A DNA stretch of 64,000 nt from Curvularia clavata (lineage: Eukaryota). The number at the start of each line of letters is the position of its first letter. Position 1 is the first letter of the stretch. The DNA is taken from positions 2,790,001 to 2,854,000 of the forward strand of contig CP089274.1 in NCBI GenBank assembly GCA_023920165.1. Direction: 5' to 3'. This document shows positions 24,747 to 39,700 of this stretch, in pieces. The translations under genes and the position numbers were made by a program. The notes beneath the pieces were generated by a model, which saw only the letters and a list, made by a program, of their open reading frames with translations, had not been told where the DNA came from and made no database searches.

Positions 24747-27700
24747 ATGCCAGCTGCAAAAACCCCCTACGATACGGCTTACAAAAATGGCGTAAGCCCA
24801 TCTGTGTCAATAATTAATGAGCAGCCTTCAATTTTGAAAGGTCCCAGTCTCCTTCACGAACTAGTCCCACGGCCGCATCACGATGCAACAGCCATCGATT
24901 TCCTGGAACATGGATCGAAAAGGCGAAAGTTCTCTTACTCGACACTTCACTCTCTGAGTGATGCCTTTGCAGGTAGACTTACCGAAATTTTGGCCAAGCT
25001 CGAAAGTGCTTCGTCCATTATTCCCGTTCTTCTTCCACAATCCCCAGAGCTTTACGTGGTTCTCCTAGCCATTTTGAAGGCTGGGAAGGCATTTTGTCCG
25101 CTCAATCTTGACACACCACCAGAGCGACTAAGATTTATCCTCGACGACATATCAGCCGACCTACTAATCACATCTTCATCTTACGACGACCAACTTCGAA
25201 CAGCCGCCGATATTCATGTTGTGTTGATCGATCGCGAACTCTCACGTTGCAATGACAGTGTCTGCGATGATTTGCCGCAACCAAACACTCACGATCTTGC
25301 ATACGTCTTGTACACATCGGGATCTACTGGGCTGCCCAAAGCAGTGAGCGTGTCCCACCGTGCAGTCACCCAAAGCTTGCTCGCCCACGACCGTCATATC
25401 CCAGACTTTTCCCGCTTTCTCCAATTTGCTGCTCCTGTAAGTGTCTAGTTTGGAAATATGGCTCAGCATGCTGACGTAGCAAAAGACGTTTGACGTTTCC
25501 ATCTTTGAAATATTCTTCCCCTGGTTCCGAGGCAAAACTTTGGTCGGCTGCACACGTGCACAAATGCTCGATGACCTTTCAGGAACAATAGTCAATCTCG
25601 ACGTAGATGCAGCCGAACTCACACCAACGGTAGTGGGTAACCTTCTACCCCGTCGGTCGAGTGTGCCATGTCTAAGGTTACTACTTACGATTGGTGAGAT
25701 GCTCACTCGACCTGTCGTCGATGAATATGGTGGGGATTCGTCTAAGCCGAGCTTGCTATGGGCCATGTATGGGCCGACCGAAGCTGCAATCCATTGCACA
25801 ATATGGCCGCAGTTTTCAACATCCTGTTCTACAAGTACGATTGGAATCCCGCTGGACACCGTCTCTGCTTTCATCCTTGCGCCTTCTGCGCCATCTGAAC
25901 AGCACCTCGCGTCCCCTTCAGTCGAGATACTTCCCGTTGGAGAAATTGGTGAACTTGCGATAGGCGGCCCGCAAATCGCCGATGAATATCTCAACAGACC
26001 AGACCTCACTCGCGCGTCTTTTATCGAGCACCCGGATCATGGTCGTCTCTACAGAACCGGAGATCGAGCAAGGATCAACGAACAGGGGATATTGGAATGT
26101 TTAGGTCGCGTCGTGACTGGTCAAGTGAAACTGAGAGGTCAGCGCATCGAGTTGGGTGAAATCGAACAAGCCATCATGAAGACCAAATGTCGCGCAGCCA
26201 CCGCTATGATTATTCAGGAGAATCTAGTCGCTTTCTGTAGTGTCGAAGATGGCGTATCACAAGCAGATGTGTTCATGACTTGTAAGCGCTGGCTACCTGC
26301 GTCTGTGGTACCGTCGGACATATTTCTCGTCGATGTAATGCCACAACTGCCCTCGGGTAAAGTCGACAGAAACTCGCTTGAGAAGATGTATTTACATTCA
26401 CGCTCTGATGTGAGAGCATCGTCTCCCAATCTTGGTTCGGAAGACCCAGTGAGCTACTCAGTTCAGAACATCGTCAGTCAACACACAACGCAGAATATCG
26501 AGCTACATACCAGTCTTGCATCTGTTGGGATTGACTCTCTCAAAGCCATCCGCATTGCGTCAGCGTTGCGGAGAGTAGGATATTCGCTAGGCGCAGTTGA
26601 GGTGCTATCGACTGCGACACTTGCGGATCTCATTGAAGTTTGTAGAGAACGCAAAATGGGCGACGAAGAAATTCCGGCAGAATCCACGACTGTTACAGCA
26701 AAATATCAACTTGACGGATGGCATGATGGCGTCGCTTACATGATGCCATGCACTCCTTTACAAGAAGCCATGCTAGCAGAAACAAGATCAAGGCCCACAG
26801 CCTACTGTAATTGGATCGAGGTCGAGCTCTCAGTTATTCGCACATACGAACAAATTCGAGGTGCACTTCTTCTGCTGGCCCAGAAGACGGAAGCATTACG
26901 AACTGGCTTCCGAACTGAGTCTCAACAAACAACAGTCTTCTCCCAAATCATTTGGAAGGAGTTACTGACGTCACAAATCCGCAGGGTATCTACATTCTCC
27001 AAGGAATTCTCGTTGCAATCGGATGATGACTTTCTACGACCTTTCAACGTCCAGATCTCGACCCAATTCCAGAGACCTCGTCTCCTCTTCCAAATCCATC
27101 ATGCGCTGTATGACGGTTGGTCCTTTGACCTGTTGCTTCACGATCTGGACAAGTGCTTGCATGGAGAGCAAATGTTGTCGAGGCCATCATTTCGGGAAGT
27201 TGTGCAATACTTCACGAACGAGCGAAGACCCAGCAGCGACCAAGACCTCAGAGACTACTGGAATACCCTTCTTAGCGATCACATTCCGACGACTCTCCCA
27301 AACTATCACGGAAAAGTCATCCATAGTCCAGCCGCACATCGAGTATCTGGGAAATCCACTGTTAGTCCACACAGGCTCTTTGACTGTGCTCAACAGTTGG
27401 CCGTCAATCCACAAGTCTACTTCCAGGCTGCCACAGCATACATTCTGGGTCTATACAGTGGTACTAGTGATGTTGTTCTGGGCAATGTCACTTCCGGACG
27501 TACAATACCTGTAGCTGGGGTCGAAGATGTCGTCGGGCCTTGCATCGCTTCGCTCCCATTTCGCATCAATTTTACAGATACCTCAAGTGTTCGAGATATC
27601 TTGCAGAAGACTCAACTGATAAACAGAGACAGCCTGCGACATAGCGAGATACCACTTCGCGAAATAGCAAGGGCGGTCAACGTGAAGCCTGGAATGCGAT

Positions 27701-30700
27701 TGTTTGAAACCCTGTTCGTATGGCAACAATCCATTATGTCCGATGAGAACCCATCATTAGTTGCAAAAGTCGTCGACAGCGCAGATGAACTGGAGTTTCG
27801 AATAACATTAGAGTTCGAACCGGCCGGGGATAACATCTTGTTCCGCGGCACCTTTGACGCCTCTACTGTATCCGAGCGTCAGGTCAAGTATTTGTTTGGA
27901 CAGATTGACGAAGTCGTGGAGACCCTTCTCGCGGACGTCGAGCGTCCAATGACCGAGATCAATCAAGGTTTCACAACGCCGTCATTGTCTATCGCTAATC
28001 CAACGCCTATGAAACAACGCTTTCATCACGGCCCTGCATATGCTGTAGAGCAATGGGCATCAAGCGAACCCCACAAAACAGCGATCATATTTGGCCATAA
28101 TGTTAACGGTACAATCGAGATCAAAGACGAAATGACATATAGCTTGCTGAACTCGCGTGCAAACCAGCTTGCTCGTGTGCTTGCAGAGCATGGTGTCGGC
28201 AACGACCAGCTGGTATGCATCATGATGGAGAAGTCAGTTGACCTGTACACCTCTATTCTTGCTGTGCTCAAGCTCGGTTGTGGTTACTTGCCACTCGTCC
28301 CTGATACCCCAATCGACAGAGTCAAGACGATTCTAAACGATGCTCAAGTCGCGGTGTGTGTCTCAGAATCATCGGTGTCATCCAACTTAGGCTCGGATCT
28401 CTCAGTTGACATCGTCGACTTTGATCGCACTTCGCTGTCCGATTATTCCAGCCAGAACCTCGACATACCGTACAATGGTGACCATCTCGCTTATGCGATC
28501 TTCACCTCTGGAAGCACAGGAACTCCAAAAGGTGTCCTTGTGACGCAGGATAACCTCATGAGTAATCTAGAGTATTTGTCAACCGTTTATCCCTTTTCTT
28601 CAGACTCGCGTCTGTTGCAAGCGTGTTCTCAAGCATTTGACGTCAGTGTTTTTGAGATATTCTTCTCTTGGTATGTCGGCATGTGTTTATGCTCGGCTGC
28701 AAAGGAACACCTCTTTCGCGACTTCGAAGCTGCCATCAACCGCCTAGAAGTTACACATCTCAGTCTGACGCCAACAGTTGCTGCACTCGTGGACCCAGAT
28801 AATGTACCAAAAGTCGAATTCTTGGTAACTGCTGGGGAGGCGTTGACTGAACATGTGCGTAGAAAATGGGCAGGCCGAGGATTGTATCAGGGGTATGGAC
28901 CTTCTGAAACCACAAACATTTGCACTGTTCGACCAGCAGTTACCCCCGATGATCTCATCAACAATATCGGTCAGCCGTTTGGCAACACGTCCGCATTCGT
29001 GCTTGATCCCGACAGTCAAAACATTCTTCCTCGAGGTGCTGTTGGAGAGCTCTGCTTTGGCGGATCACAGGTCTTCCGCGGCTACCTTAATCGACCAGAA
29101 CTCAATGCCCAAAAGATCATTCATCTCCCCACTTACGGCAGGATATACCGGTCCGGCGATATGGGAATACTTCTTCCTGACGATAGCATTCTCTCTACAG
29201 GTCGCACAGATGATCAAGTGAAGATTCGTGGCCAGCGGGTTGAGCTGGGGGAAACAACATCCGTCATATTGGATCACGGTGCGGTCCGAGACTGCGTCAC
29301 CCTCGCTCTAGACCAGAACGGCAAGGCGAAAACCCTCGTCAGTTTCTGGGTGCCTACTAAAAGCTCATCAGCTGACTTCGAAATGCTGGAGCCTTCCCAA
29401 TTTGCACTCACGATTGCAGAACTATTTGATCTGTTAGCCCGCCGTTTGCCGTCGTATATGGTTCCTTCTCATCTCATGCCAATCTCATGCCTTCCAATGA
29501 CCCCACAGGCGAAGATTGACAAACGGCTTCTGCAGCGATATTTTTCCAGTTCTAACGAAGCTGCATTGGACCATTCTGCAATCTCTAATGGTATCAAAGA
29601 GACGGGCGAGGGTAATCTATCAACGCCGTGGGACCAAAATGTCGCTGAGATCTTGTCCCGAACGCTCGATGTTTCTCCTGATGTGCTCAAGAGAACTACT
29701 TCTTTCTTCAATCTCGGCTTAGACTCTGTGTCGGCCATACGCTTCTGCAGTGAGCTTAGAAAGGCGGAACTTGGTGACTTTTCTGTATCCGAAGTGCTAA
29801 AGCACCCGTCCATTGCGGATCTGGCATCTTTGAGGACATTGCAACCGCCGACGAAAACACCAGGAAAATCGCGATCGGTTGATCCATCTAGCGTGTTCAC
29901 GATAGACCAAATCCGCCGCATTTGGTCACATGTAGAGAAGACTGGGCTCAGCGTGATGAAGGTACTTCCTTGCACCCCACTCCAGGAAGCGATGATATCC
30001 AGCGGGCTCTCTTCTTCGGAACATGCATACGGCAACATTATGATTTTCGATATTAGAGGCGATGTTCGTCAGCTCCAAAAATGCTGGAAAGTCATGGTTC
30101 AGAGGCATGACATCCTCCGAACCTCCTTTGTTGCAACAGAAGACCAATCCTACTCATTTGCACAAGTCATTGTGGAGGACCACGACGTGGTTTGGCATCA
30201 GCACAGTATGGAGAGTGCTCTCCAATCCCACCTTATCAAAACCATCTCGCAGCTCTTAGAAGCCAGTAAACCCCCTGTGTATTTCGGACTGGTTCAAGAA
30301 GAAGACTCAACGAAATTACTTTTTTGCTGCCATCATGCGCTTTATGATGGAATTGCTATCTCCACACTTCTTGCAGAAATCCAGGAGTTATACCGTGGCC
30401 GCCAGCTACCACCGCCGATCCCATATGAGGTCTACCTCAAGCACATGCTAGATCAAGACTTGACACAGGCTGACAAGTACTGGTCCGCTCTTTTGGAAGG
30501 GTTTGAGCCTACATCGTTTCCTGCACTCACAACCGAGAGGTCGCACACGCATGGAGGCTTTGAGACTTTGTCAGGGCGTCTAGAAATGTCACTCGAGGCT
30601 GTGCAAAAGGCATCCCGAGGTCTTTCAGTGTCACTTCTATCAGTAGTACAGGCTGCTTGGGTCAAATTGCTTCACTTTTACACTCGTGAAAGCGATGTCT

Positions 30701-33700
30701 GCTTTGGCAATGTCGTTAGTGGTCGCAGCTTTCCTGGAGACGATCTTGAACGCCTAGTTGCGCCTTGCTTCAATACCCTGCCAGTTCGTGCCAAATTCGA
30801 CTTTCAAGAGAGCAATCGAGCCTTGGTAAACCTGATGCACAGCCGAAGCGTCGAGTCACACTCTCAACAGCTGACCCCACTTCGCCGAATACAGAAGACT
30901 GCGCTCAAGGAAGGGGGTCATCTCTTCGATACTCTTTTGATTCTTCAGCAGCCTAGTTCGCCTTTGGACAGTTCGATCTGGAGGCTTGATCAGGACCCAG
31001 GCAACATGGACATACCCATAGTTTGCGAAATCACCCAGGACCAGATTGAGAATACTTTGAGACTAAAGTTACATTATCACGCCTCGCTCCTGTCTGAGTC
31101 AGAAGCTTCTATCTTGATAGACACTTACAATGCCTCCTTGTCTTCTCTCGTTACATCACCCGAGGCACCCTCCATTAATACGGACATGTTCCCAACCAAT
31201 CTTTGGGCGGCTTCCAATATGGACTTCAAACGTCTTGACAGCAGTTCTAAGTTTTTGCACTCCGGGTTTGAGCATATGGCGTTGTCACATCCAGACCGCA
31301 TTGCACTCGACTTCTGGCATGGTCCGGGAAAGAAGACAACATGGTCTTTCGAACAACTTAATCGAGAAGCGAACAAGATCGCGCATGCACTCATCGAACA
31401 TGGCGCTGGACCCGAACAAGTCGTACCTATTCACATAGCTAAGAGCCCAGTATACTATGCGAGTGTACTAGGAGTTCTGAAAGCTGGGGCTGCGTTCGCA
31501 CCTGTTCATCCAGACTTGCCCGAAGCGCGCAAGCAATTCATGTTCACAGAGCTGAAAGCAAAGGTCGTGCTTTACGACGACAGTACATTGATTTCAAAAG
31601 ACCTTACTGGAGCGACCAAACTTAATGTTCAGTCTCTCTCAGATCACAGTGACTTCAATCCTGCCATTGAGCTGAAAGAAACCAACTTGGCTTATTGCTT
31701 ATTCACATCTGGCTCTACAGGCACTCCAAAAGCAGTCAGTATGGAACATCGAGCTCCAATCCAGACTATAGAGAGCTCTAGAACCCTAGTCCCATGGGAT
31801 TCTTCTTCTAGGCTTCTACAATACGCAGCAGTTACCTTTGACATGTGTTACTATGATTGCTTCCTGGCCTGGACCTTCGGTTTCACTTTGTGTGCTGCGA
31901 AGCAGGGCGACTTACTCAACGACCTCCCCGGTGCCATCAATGCTCTTGAGGTAGATCTGCTTGATCTTACGCCATCTGTTGCAGAGTCTCTGAAGAGAAC
32001 CGATGTCCCAAAGGTCAAGTGGCTTTACTGCATAGGCGAAGCTATGTCGCCGGCTGTCGTCAAGAAGTGGCAGGGCGTGTGTGTCAATTCATATGGACCA
32101 ACTGAAGCCGCCTTTTGCACGACAATGGTTCCTGTCTCTAGAGACGGAATCACCTCAGTCATCGGGAAACCGTTCCCAACTACTTCATTCGCCGTTTTCT
32201 CCGAACAAGGTGAAACACCACTACCATTCTTGAGCATTGGAGAGCTCTACATTGGAGGAACTCAACTTGCACGAGGTTACTGGGACCAATTTGACCTCAC
32301 AAAGGAGCGTTTTGTGATGCGGTGCGGCCAAAGATTCTACAAGAGTGGAGATATGGTCCGGATTCTAAGCGACGGAAATTTTGAGTTCGTAGGACGCGTG
32401 GATGATCAAGTAAAGATACGCGGGCTTCGAGTGGAGCTGGGCGAGATCAACACTGTTCTCGCAGACCTTCAACCAGACTTAGCTTCTGTCACTACCCAGA
32501 TCTTACGGAAAGATCAAGCAGCAAAAGAGCAACTAGTATCCTTCCTGGTAATGCGCCGACCGATCAAAGAGAGCGATATCCCTGAGCTTCAACGCACCCT
32601 CAAAAAGCTGGCTGGTACCCGTCTACCTTCGTACATGGTCCCGCAGTTCTTCTTGGTTGTGGATGCAATACCGAAGTCCATGGCTGGTAAGATCGACAAA
32701 AAGGCTCTGAATACCATTTTCCAACAGTATTCAGACGCTAATGCATTTACCAATGGGGATTCACATACCGCAGAGCATCACTGGTCCAAAACCGAAAGCG
32801 ATGTTCGAAAAGTCATGGCACAGATGTCAAAAACTCCAGCCGAAAACATTTCACCGACGACATCGATCTACCAACTCGGTCTTGACAGCATCAGTGCAGT
32901 GCAGATTGCTTCCATTCTTCGTGGCCAAGGATACACAATTAAAGCGACGGACGTCTTGAAGTACATTACTTGTAGTGATATTGCTGAGCATCTGAGTCAA
33001 AGAGCCCCTCTGGAGACATCTCCAGTCTCGCAGCTCGATTTTCACGCCTTCGAGAGCCAGCATAAACCACAAATTGTGAAATATCATAAGCTTCGAGACC
33101 AAGATGTTGTTGCTGTCCGCCCGTGTACCTCTCTTCAAAACGGGATGATGTCGCAATTCGTTGCAAAAGACGGTACCGTCTACATGAACTACCTCCGGCT
33201 ACAATTAGAGCCATATGTTGATATGGGAAAGCTGAAAGCAGCGTGGAGCTCAGTTATGGAACGCGAACCCATGCTACGAACTGGATTCACTCATGTCAAA
33301 GATCCACTTACTTCTTTCGTCATGATTGAGTATACCCAGGATTCGGTCACCCTCCCATGGAGTGCCACAGAGGAGCAAGACGAACTTCCCGCTGACACAT
33401 GGCTTGCGCAAATGCAACACCAGGCACTCAAAGAGCTACACGTGCCGCCTTGGGCGTTGCGATTCATTCAAATGGACGGCCAGTCGTTTCTAGATTTGGC
33501 TATTCTCCATGCACTTTTTGATGCGCAGAGTCTGCGCAGCATTTTCAGTGATGTTATGGCCTCTTACAAGGGCATAGAAATGCCACCAGTTCTGGCTTTA
33601 GATGAAGTCGTAAACCACATCATTCAATCCAGCAAGCAAGATAACAAGAGCGGAGATACATTCTGGACTGAGCTTGGCAAAACTGCGAATCCATCCCGTT

Positions 33701-36700
33701 TTCCTAACCTTGCACCTTTGAAGTACGATCCAGAGCCTGCCATAGTATGCACTAGGCAATCTGCAAAGTCGCTTCTGGAGTTGGAAAACGGCTGTCGCCA
33801 AGTAAATACCACAATGCCAGCTGTGGGCATGGCGAGTTGGTTGTCGCTACTCTCTTCGTACACCGGAGAAAGCTCAGTAACGTGCGGCGTCGTCCTTTCG
33901 GGTCGGAACTCTGAGCTCACAGCACATTCTAATTTTCCATGCATCAACACTGTCCCGTTGGCGTTCACGGTGACTGACGACTTGGCAAACATGTTGAAAT
34001 CAATTACGGCTCTGAATGCGGGTATCCAGGAGCACCAATTCAGCCCACTCAAGAAGATCCAAGGGTTGATGGGCTTTCCAAACGAAGCTCTTTTTGATAC
34101 GGTATTCGCATATCAGAAGCTGGCAAACGACACAAACTCTGGAGAGCTTTGGGCGGTCGTTGACGAGAAGGCTACCATCGAGTACCCTGTTTCCATCGAG
34201 TTAGAACCAAAAGATGGGCAGCTGGAGTACAGACTCACATACTTGCCTCATGTCATCCCAAGAGAGCAAGCGTCTTTGATTCTCGCACAGCTTGACCACT
34301 TGGTGGAGAGCTTTCTCTTTGGTGCTGAGCCCAGTTATTCCGCGCAGCTGTACTCGATCACTCCGGCAAAAGAAGATGAGCTGCCATCGGATGCAAAATT
34401 ATTACACGAGCTTGTGGAGAAAACTGTAGAGAAATTTCCTCAGCGGATTGCTTTCGAATTCATGTCCAACGAGAGCAATGGAAAGCGTTCAGTGAGACGC
34501 TGGACATATGCTGAGCTGGATCATGAAGGCAACAGGATTGCACGTCTGCTTTCCTCTCATCATGTGGAGCCAGGCAGCCTTGTAGGGGTATGCTTTGACA
34601 AATGCCCAGAGGCTTCATTTGCCATGCTGGGCGTATTGAAAGCAGGATGTGCTTTTGTGGCTATTGACCCAGGAGCGCCTGCTGCCCGTCAAACTTTCAT
34701 TACTAATGATTCTGGAGCTCAAGCTGTTCTGTCGATGGCTTCACAGTCCGCTCAGTTTAAGAAGGATACCAAGGTGCCAGTCTTGAATCTCGACGAGGTC
34801 GAGTGGCGTTCGCTTTCGGGAGAGAAACTACTGCTGAACAACAAGATCAATCCTCAGGATCGCAGTTACTGTCTGTACACTTCTGGAACTACCGGGACGC
34901 CTAAAGGCTGCGAACTAACTCATGAGAACGCTGTCCAAGCGCTGCTGGCCTTCCAGCGTCTATTTGCCGGGCACTGGGATGCGAATTCACGATGGCTCCA
35001 ATTCGCATCCTTTCACTTTGATGTTTCAGTTCTTGAACAATATTGGAGCTGGTCTGTCGGGATTTGTGTTGTATCTGCGCCTCGCGACCTCATCTTTGAA
35101 GACCTTGCAAGCTCCATCCGCGATCTCGACATTACCCACATTGATCTCACGCCGAGCCTCGCTCAGATCCTTCATCCGGACGACGTACCGAGTCTTTGCA
35201 AGGGAGTCTTCATTACCGGTGGTGAGAGCCTAAAACAAGAAATCCTGGATGTCTGGGGGCCGAAAGGTGTCATCTACAATGGTTACGGGCCGACCGAAGC
35301 GACCATAGGTTGCACCATGTACCCACGTGTTCCTGCAAACGGCAAACCCTCCAATATCGGTCCGCAATTCGATAACGTGGGATCACTGGTTCTTCGCCCG
35401 GGCTCTGATATACCAGTCCTACGGGGTGCTATTGGCGAACTCTGCGTCTCAGGCAAACTTGTTGGAAAAGGCTACCTTAACCGTCCAGAGCTGACTGGAG
35501 AACGCTTCCCGTATCTTGATCGCTTTTCGAAACGTGTATACCGTACGGGAGATGTTGTGAGAATCCTACATGACGGTACATTCCAATTCTTGGGTCGCGC
35601 CGATGATCAAGTCAAGTTACGCGGCCAGCGCTTGGAGGTGGCCGAAATCAATTCGGTCATCAAGCAGTCAGACCGTGATATTTCGGATGTCGCAACGCTC
35701 GTATTGAAGCATCCAAAGCAACAGAAAGAACAACTCATTTCTTTTCTAGTGTGCAGCAAGGCTCTGAAAGCTCAACCAGAAGTATTGCTAGGTGAGATTC
35801 AGGGCATTGCAAACGCGAAGCAGGCTTGTGAAGATAAGCTTCCGCCATACATGATCCCCACGCACTTTGTCCCACTCACTTCCATTCCACTCAATGTCAA
35901 CAACAAGGCAGATGGTCGGAGGCTGAAGCAAATGTATGAAGCCCTTTCTGCCAGCGATCTGCAGAAGCTATCCGCCAACACTGGCTCCCGAGATGAATTG
36001 TGGTCCAAACAAGAGGAGAAAATCCGTGATGTCATGCTAGAAGCCCTGGACGTGAGTAGGGAGAGCGCTACCAAAGACGCAAGCTTTTTCGAATTAGGCA
36101 TGGACTCTATTTCCGTCATTGGTGTTACAAGAAGCTTGAGAAAAGCAGGTTTCGCAAAAGTCACTGCCTCGATGATCATGCAGCACGCCACGATTCGGAG
36201 ACTTGCCAAAACCCTCGCTGCCAATATTGCAACCCGCAGCAGCCACGGATCCGTATTTGCTGCACAGCAGTATGTCAATGCGACTAATCACCGTCATCGA
36301 CGGAAAGTGGCTCAAAGCTTGTCTATCAAGCCCAACATGATTGAAGCTCTCGCACCATGTACGCCTCTACAACAAGGCATGATTGCACGATCTATAGAAA
36401 GCGATAAGGGTCTTTATTTCAACTCATTCCAGTTCAGACTGAGTATGGATGTCGATGAGCAGAAGCTAGAGGACGCATGGGAAAGGGTTTACGACTGGAC
36501 CCAAGTATTGCGCACTGTGTTTATAAACACCGAGGAAGGCTATCTGCAGGCCTTTATTAGCGGTATTCCTTTCACAGGCATCATTCGGTCGTCAGCTGAA
36601 GACCAAGATCTCGTCGACCACATGGCTCGGTTACGACAGCATTGGCTCAGCCTCAACGAAGTCGAGTTTAAGTGTCCATTCCAGGTACATTTTGTCACAA

Positions 36701-39700
36701 CAAAAACTCAGAAGCTGCTGATCGTGCACATTTTCCATGGATTGTATGATGGCAACAGCATTGGCCTTATACTGCAGGCTGTCTGGGAATCTTACCATGG
36801 AAAACGTCTGCCATCAAACGCGCCATCATTTTCCACGGCCCTTGTTCACGGCCCATTGAAGGCAGCTGAGGGAGCAATAGAATTCTGGGAAAAGCGTATA
36901 TCGGCCAATACGACGCCTCTCCCTACGCTCCATAACAATCCAGAGCAAGACACCGTTGTCGTCAGCCGCACAACCTTAGCACCAACGAATTTTGATCATA
37001 TTCGACGGCAACTTAATGTCACAGCGCAAGCGATTGTGCAGGCTTGCTGGCTAAGCGTACTTCATAGACACGTCAAAGGGAATGTAGCAACCGGCATAGT
37101 CGTTTCTGGACGAAGCATTGACCTTGAGGGCGCAGATGTTGTCGTAGGGCCGATGTTCAACACGATTCCGTATCACCAACGGCTTCAAAGTTGCGAGTCG
37201 TGGTCGTCAATGATCAAGACGGCACACGATTTCAACATCGCGGCTCACCCATTCCAGCATACTCCACTCAGAGACATAATGAAGTGGTGCAAGAGACCTC
37301 ACACTAACCCACTCTTTGATAATCTGTTCGTCTATCAAATTGCACAAGAGAACCAGGAGTGGGCAAGAAACGATGTTTGGGAAATCCTGAATGGTGAGAC
37401 CGTCGCGGACTATCCGCTGGCGTTCGAGGTCGAGCAGAAACATAACAACCAACTGCAATTGATGCTCGTTGCTCAAGGACACATCGTAGATGCCCAAACC
37501 GCTGTCGGTTTGGTGGACCAATTTGAGGAAGCACTGAGACAAGCTCTCTATGACCCATCAGCCGTGCTCGAGTTGCCAGTCGACCCAGATGATGCAGCAG
37601 AAACCCCTGCCACTCAATCTCTCTCCGCTCAAGACAATCACAACACATGGGACTTCGAGTGGACTGACGATGCTGTGGCAATTAAAGAAGAAATTGCCAG
37701 TTTAGCCGCAAACGAGCTTGAAGATATCAACGAAAAAACATCTATCTTCGAACTTGGATTGGATAGCATTGACGCAATCAAACTATCGTCAAAGCTCAAG
37801 AAGAGAGGAATAGAGCTGTCAGTCAGCGGTATCATGCGCGGGTTGACAATTTCAAAGATGGTTCAGAACGTATCGACAAAGAATATCCGAGCCGCAGACG
37901 CTTTGTCGGGGTTCGATTTCAATTCTTACAAGCAGATGTTGGCAAGGAGTATAGATCGTGCAGCGCTAAATACCAATGGTATCGAGGAGATCCTTCCCCT
38001 GACACCACTACAGGAGGCCATGGTCGCCGAAATGATTGCATCCGAATACACGAGATACTTCAACCACGATGTGCTGAAGCTTGACTCGAGGACAGACACC
38101 AAGAAACTAGAAGAAGCTTGGAGGGTTGTTGTGTCAGCTTCTCCAATCCTACGCACTGGTTTTGTAGAAGTGGACGACCCAGACATTGACCTTTCTTTCG
38201 CCCAGGTCATACACAGTCAGCCACATGAGTTTTGCTCACACATCAGTTTCAGCGGCCCACCTGACTTCACTTCCGTCTTTGAAGATCTTCGAAATGCTGC
38301 GATCCATGGACCACTTTCGACACCACCATTCCATCTTACATTCATCGAAATCCCTGGCCAATGCTATCTGGTGTTGTCAATTGCACACGCACTGTATGAC
38401 GGATGGTCTCTCGGTCTGCTACACTCTGATGTGCACCGAGCTTATTGCGATGCCTTTGAAACTCGACCTTCCTATGAGCCGATGTTAGCAGAGATCATAA
38501 GAGCTTCGAGATCCGATGCTGCGGGCTTCTGGCAAGACTATCTCTCTGGAGCTAGTGTGAACACTTTCCCGCGTCAAATTCCTAGGCAAGACGAGACGAG
38601 CAGCGTTGTCCATCGCATTGAAGAAGATAGCGAAGTGGCATTGAGCGACATCCAGACCTTTGCAAAGAATAACAACATATCACTACAGACAGTTGGCCAG
38701 ACAGTCTTCGCTCTAGTTACTGCATACTTTACGCGATCTGTCGACGTTACTTTTGGCTCCGTGCTTTCCGGACGCGATGACGATGAAGCCTCTCAACTCA
38801 TGTTTCCGACTATGAACACTGTCGCTATACGAACTGTTCTTCATGGCACAAGTGTCGAGATGCTGCATTATGTGCAAGACAATTTTGCAAACATCAAGCA
38901 ATGGCAGCACTATCCACTTCGAAAAGCCTTGTCACAGGCAGGTGTTAGTGGGAGGTTATTTGAAAGCCTGTTCATCTATCAAAAGAGTCTGGAGCAAGAG
39001 CGAGATGAACATGAGAGGCTATACACCAGTGTTGAAGGTCACAACGATGTCGAGTATCCGGTGTGCGTTGAGATGGAGGTAGTAAAGGGGACGTTGGTGT
39101 GGCGTTGTGCGGTAAAAGAAGAAATCTTCAACGCAGAGGAAACAAAGCAGTTGCTGAAGCGGATGGATGATGTACTTCGCCATGTGATAAAACATCCTAA
39201 AGCACCAATCATGCAAATCACTGCAGAAGGCACATCGATATGCGGCCTGCCAGCTTTTGAAGAAGCTGAAGCTCAACCGACCAGGGAGGCTACAGAATTG
39301 AGTGGAGGAAATGAGAAAGATACGCCGAGCACAGCAACAGCTGGCAGGATCCGCGAAGTATTGGTTGCGGTTTCCAAGACACCTGAGGACGAGATTACCA
39401 ACGACATGACCATATTTCACATGGGACTGGACTCCATTAGCGCGATTAAGGTGTCGTCCCATCTCCGCAAACAAGGCATTGTCCTCAGCGTTGGTGAGAT
39501 GCTGCAAGCCGGCTCGGTCGAGAACATGGCAAAGTTGGTGGATTCCCGAACTACCGAAACTTCCGACGGCGGGAAGGACGATCAAAAAGATATGGAAGAA
39601 GCAATGAAAGACCTGGACAAGGAGGATATTCTTGCGCGAGCTGGAATCGATATCAGCAATGTTGTTCAGGTTTTACCAGTCACTGCTGGTCAGCTGTACA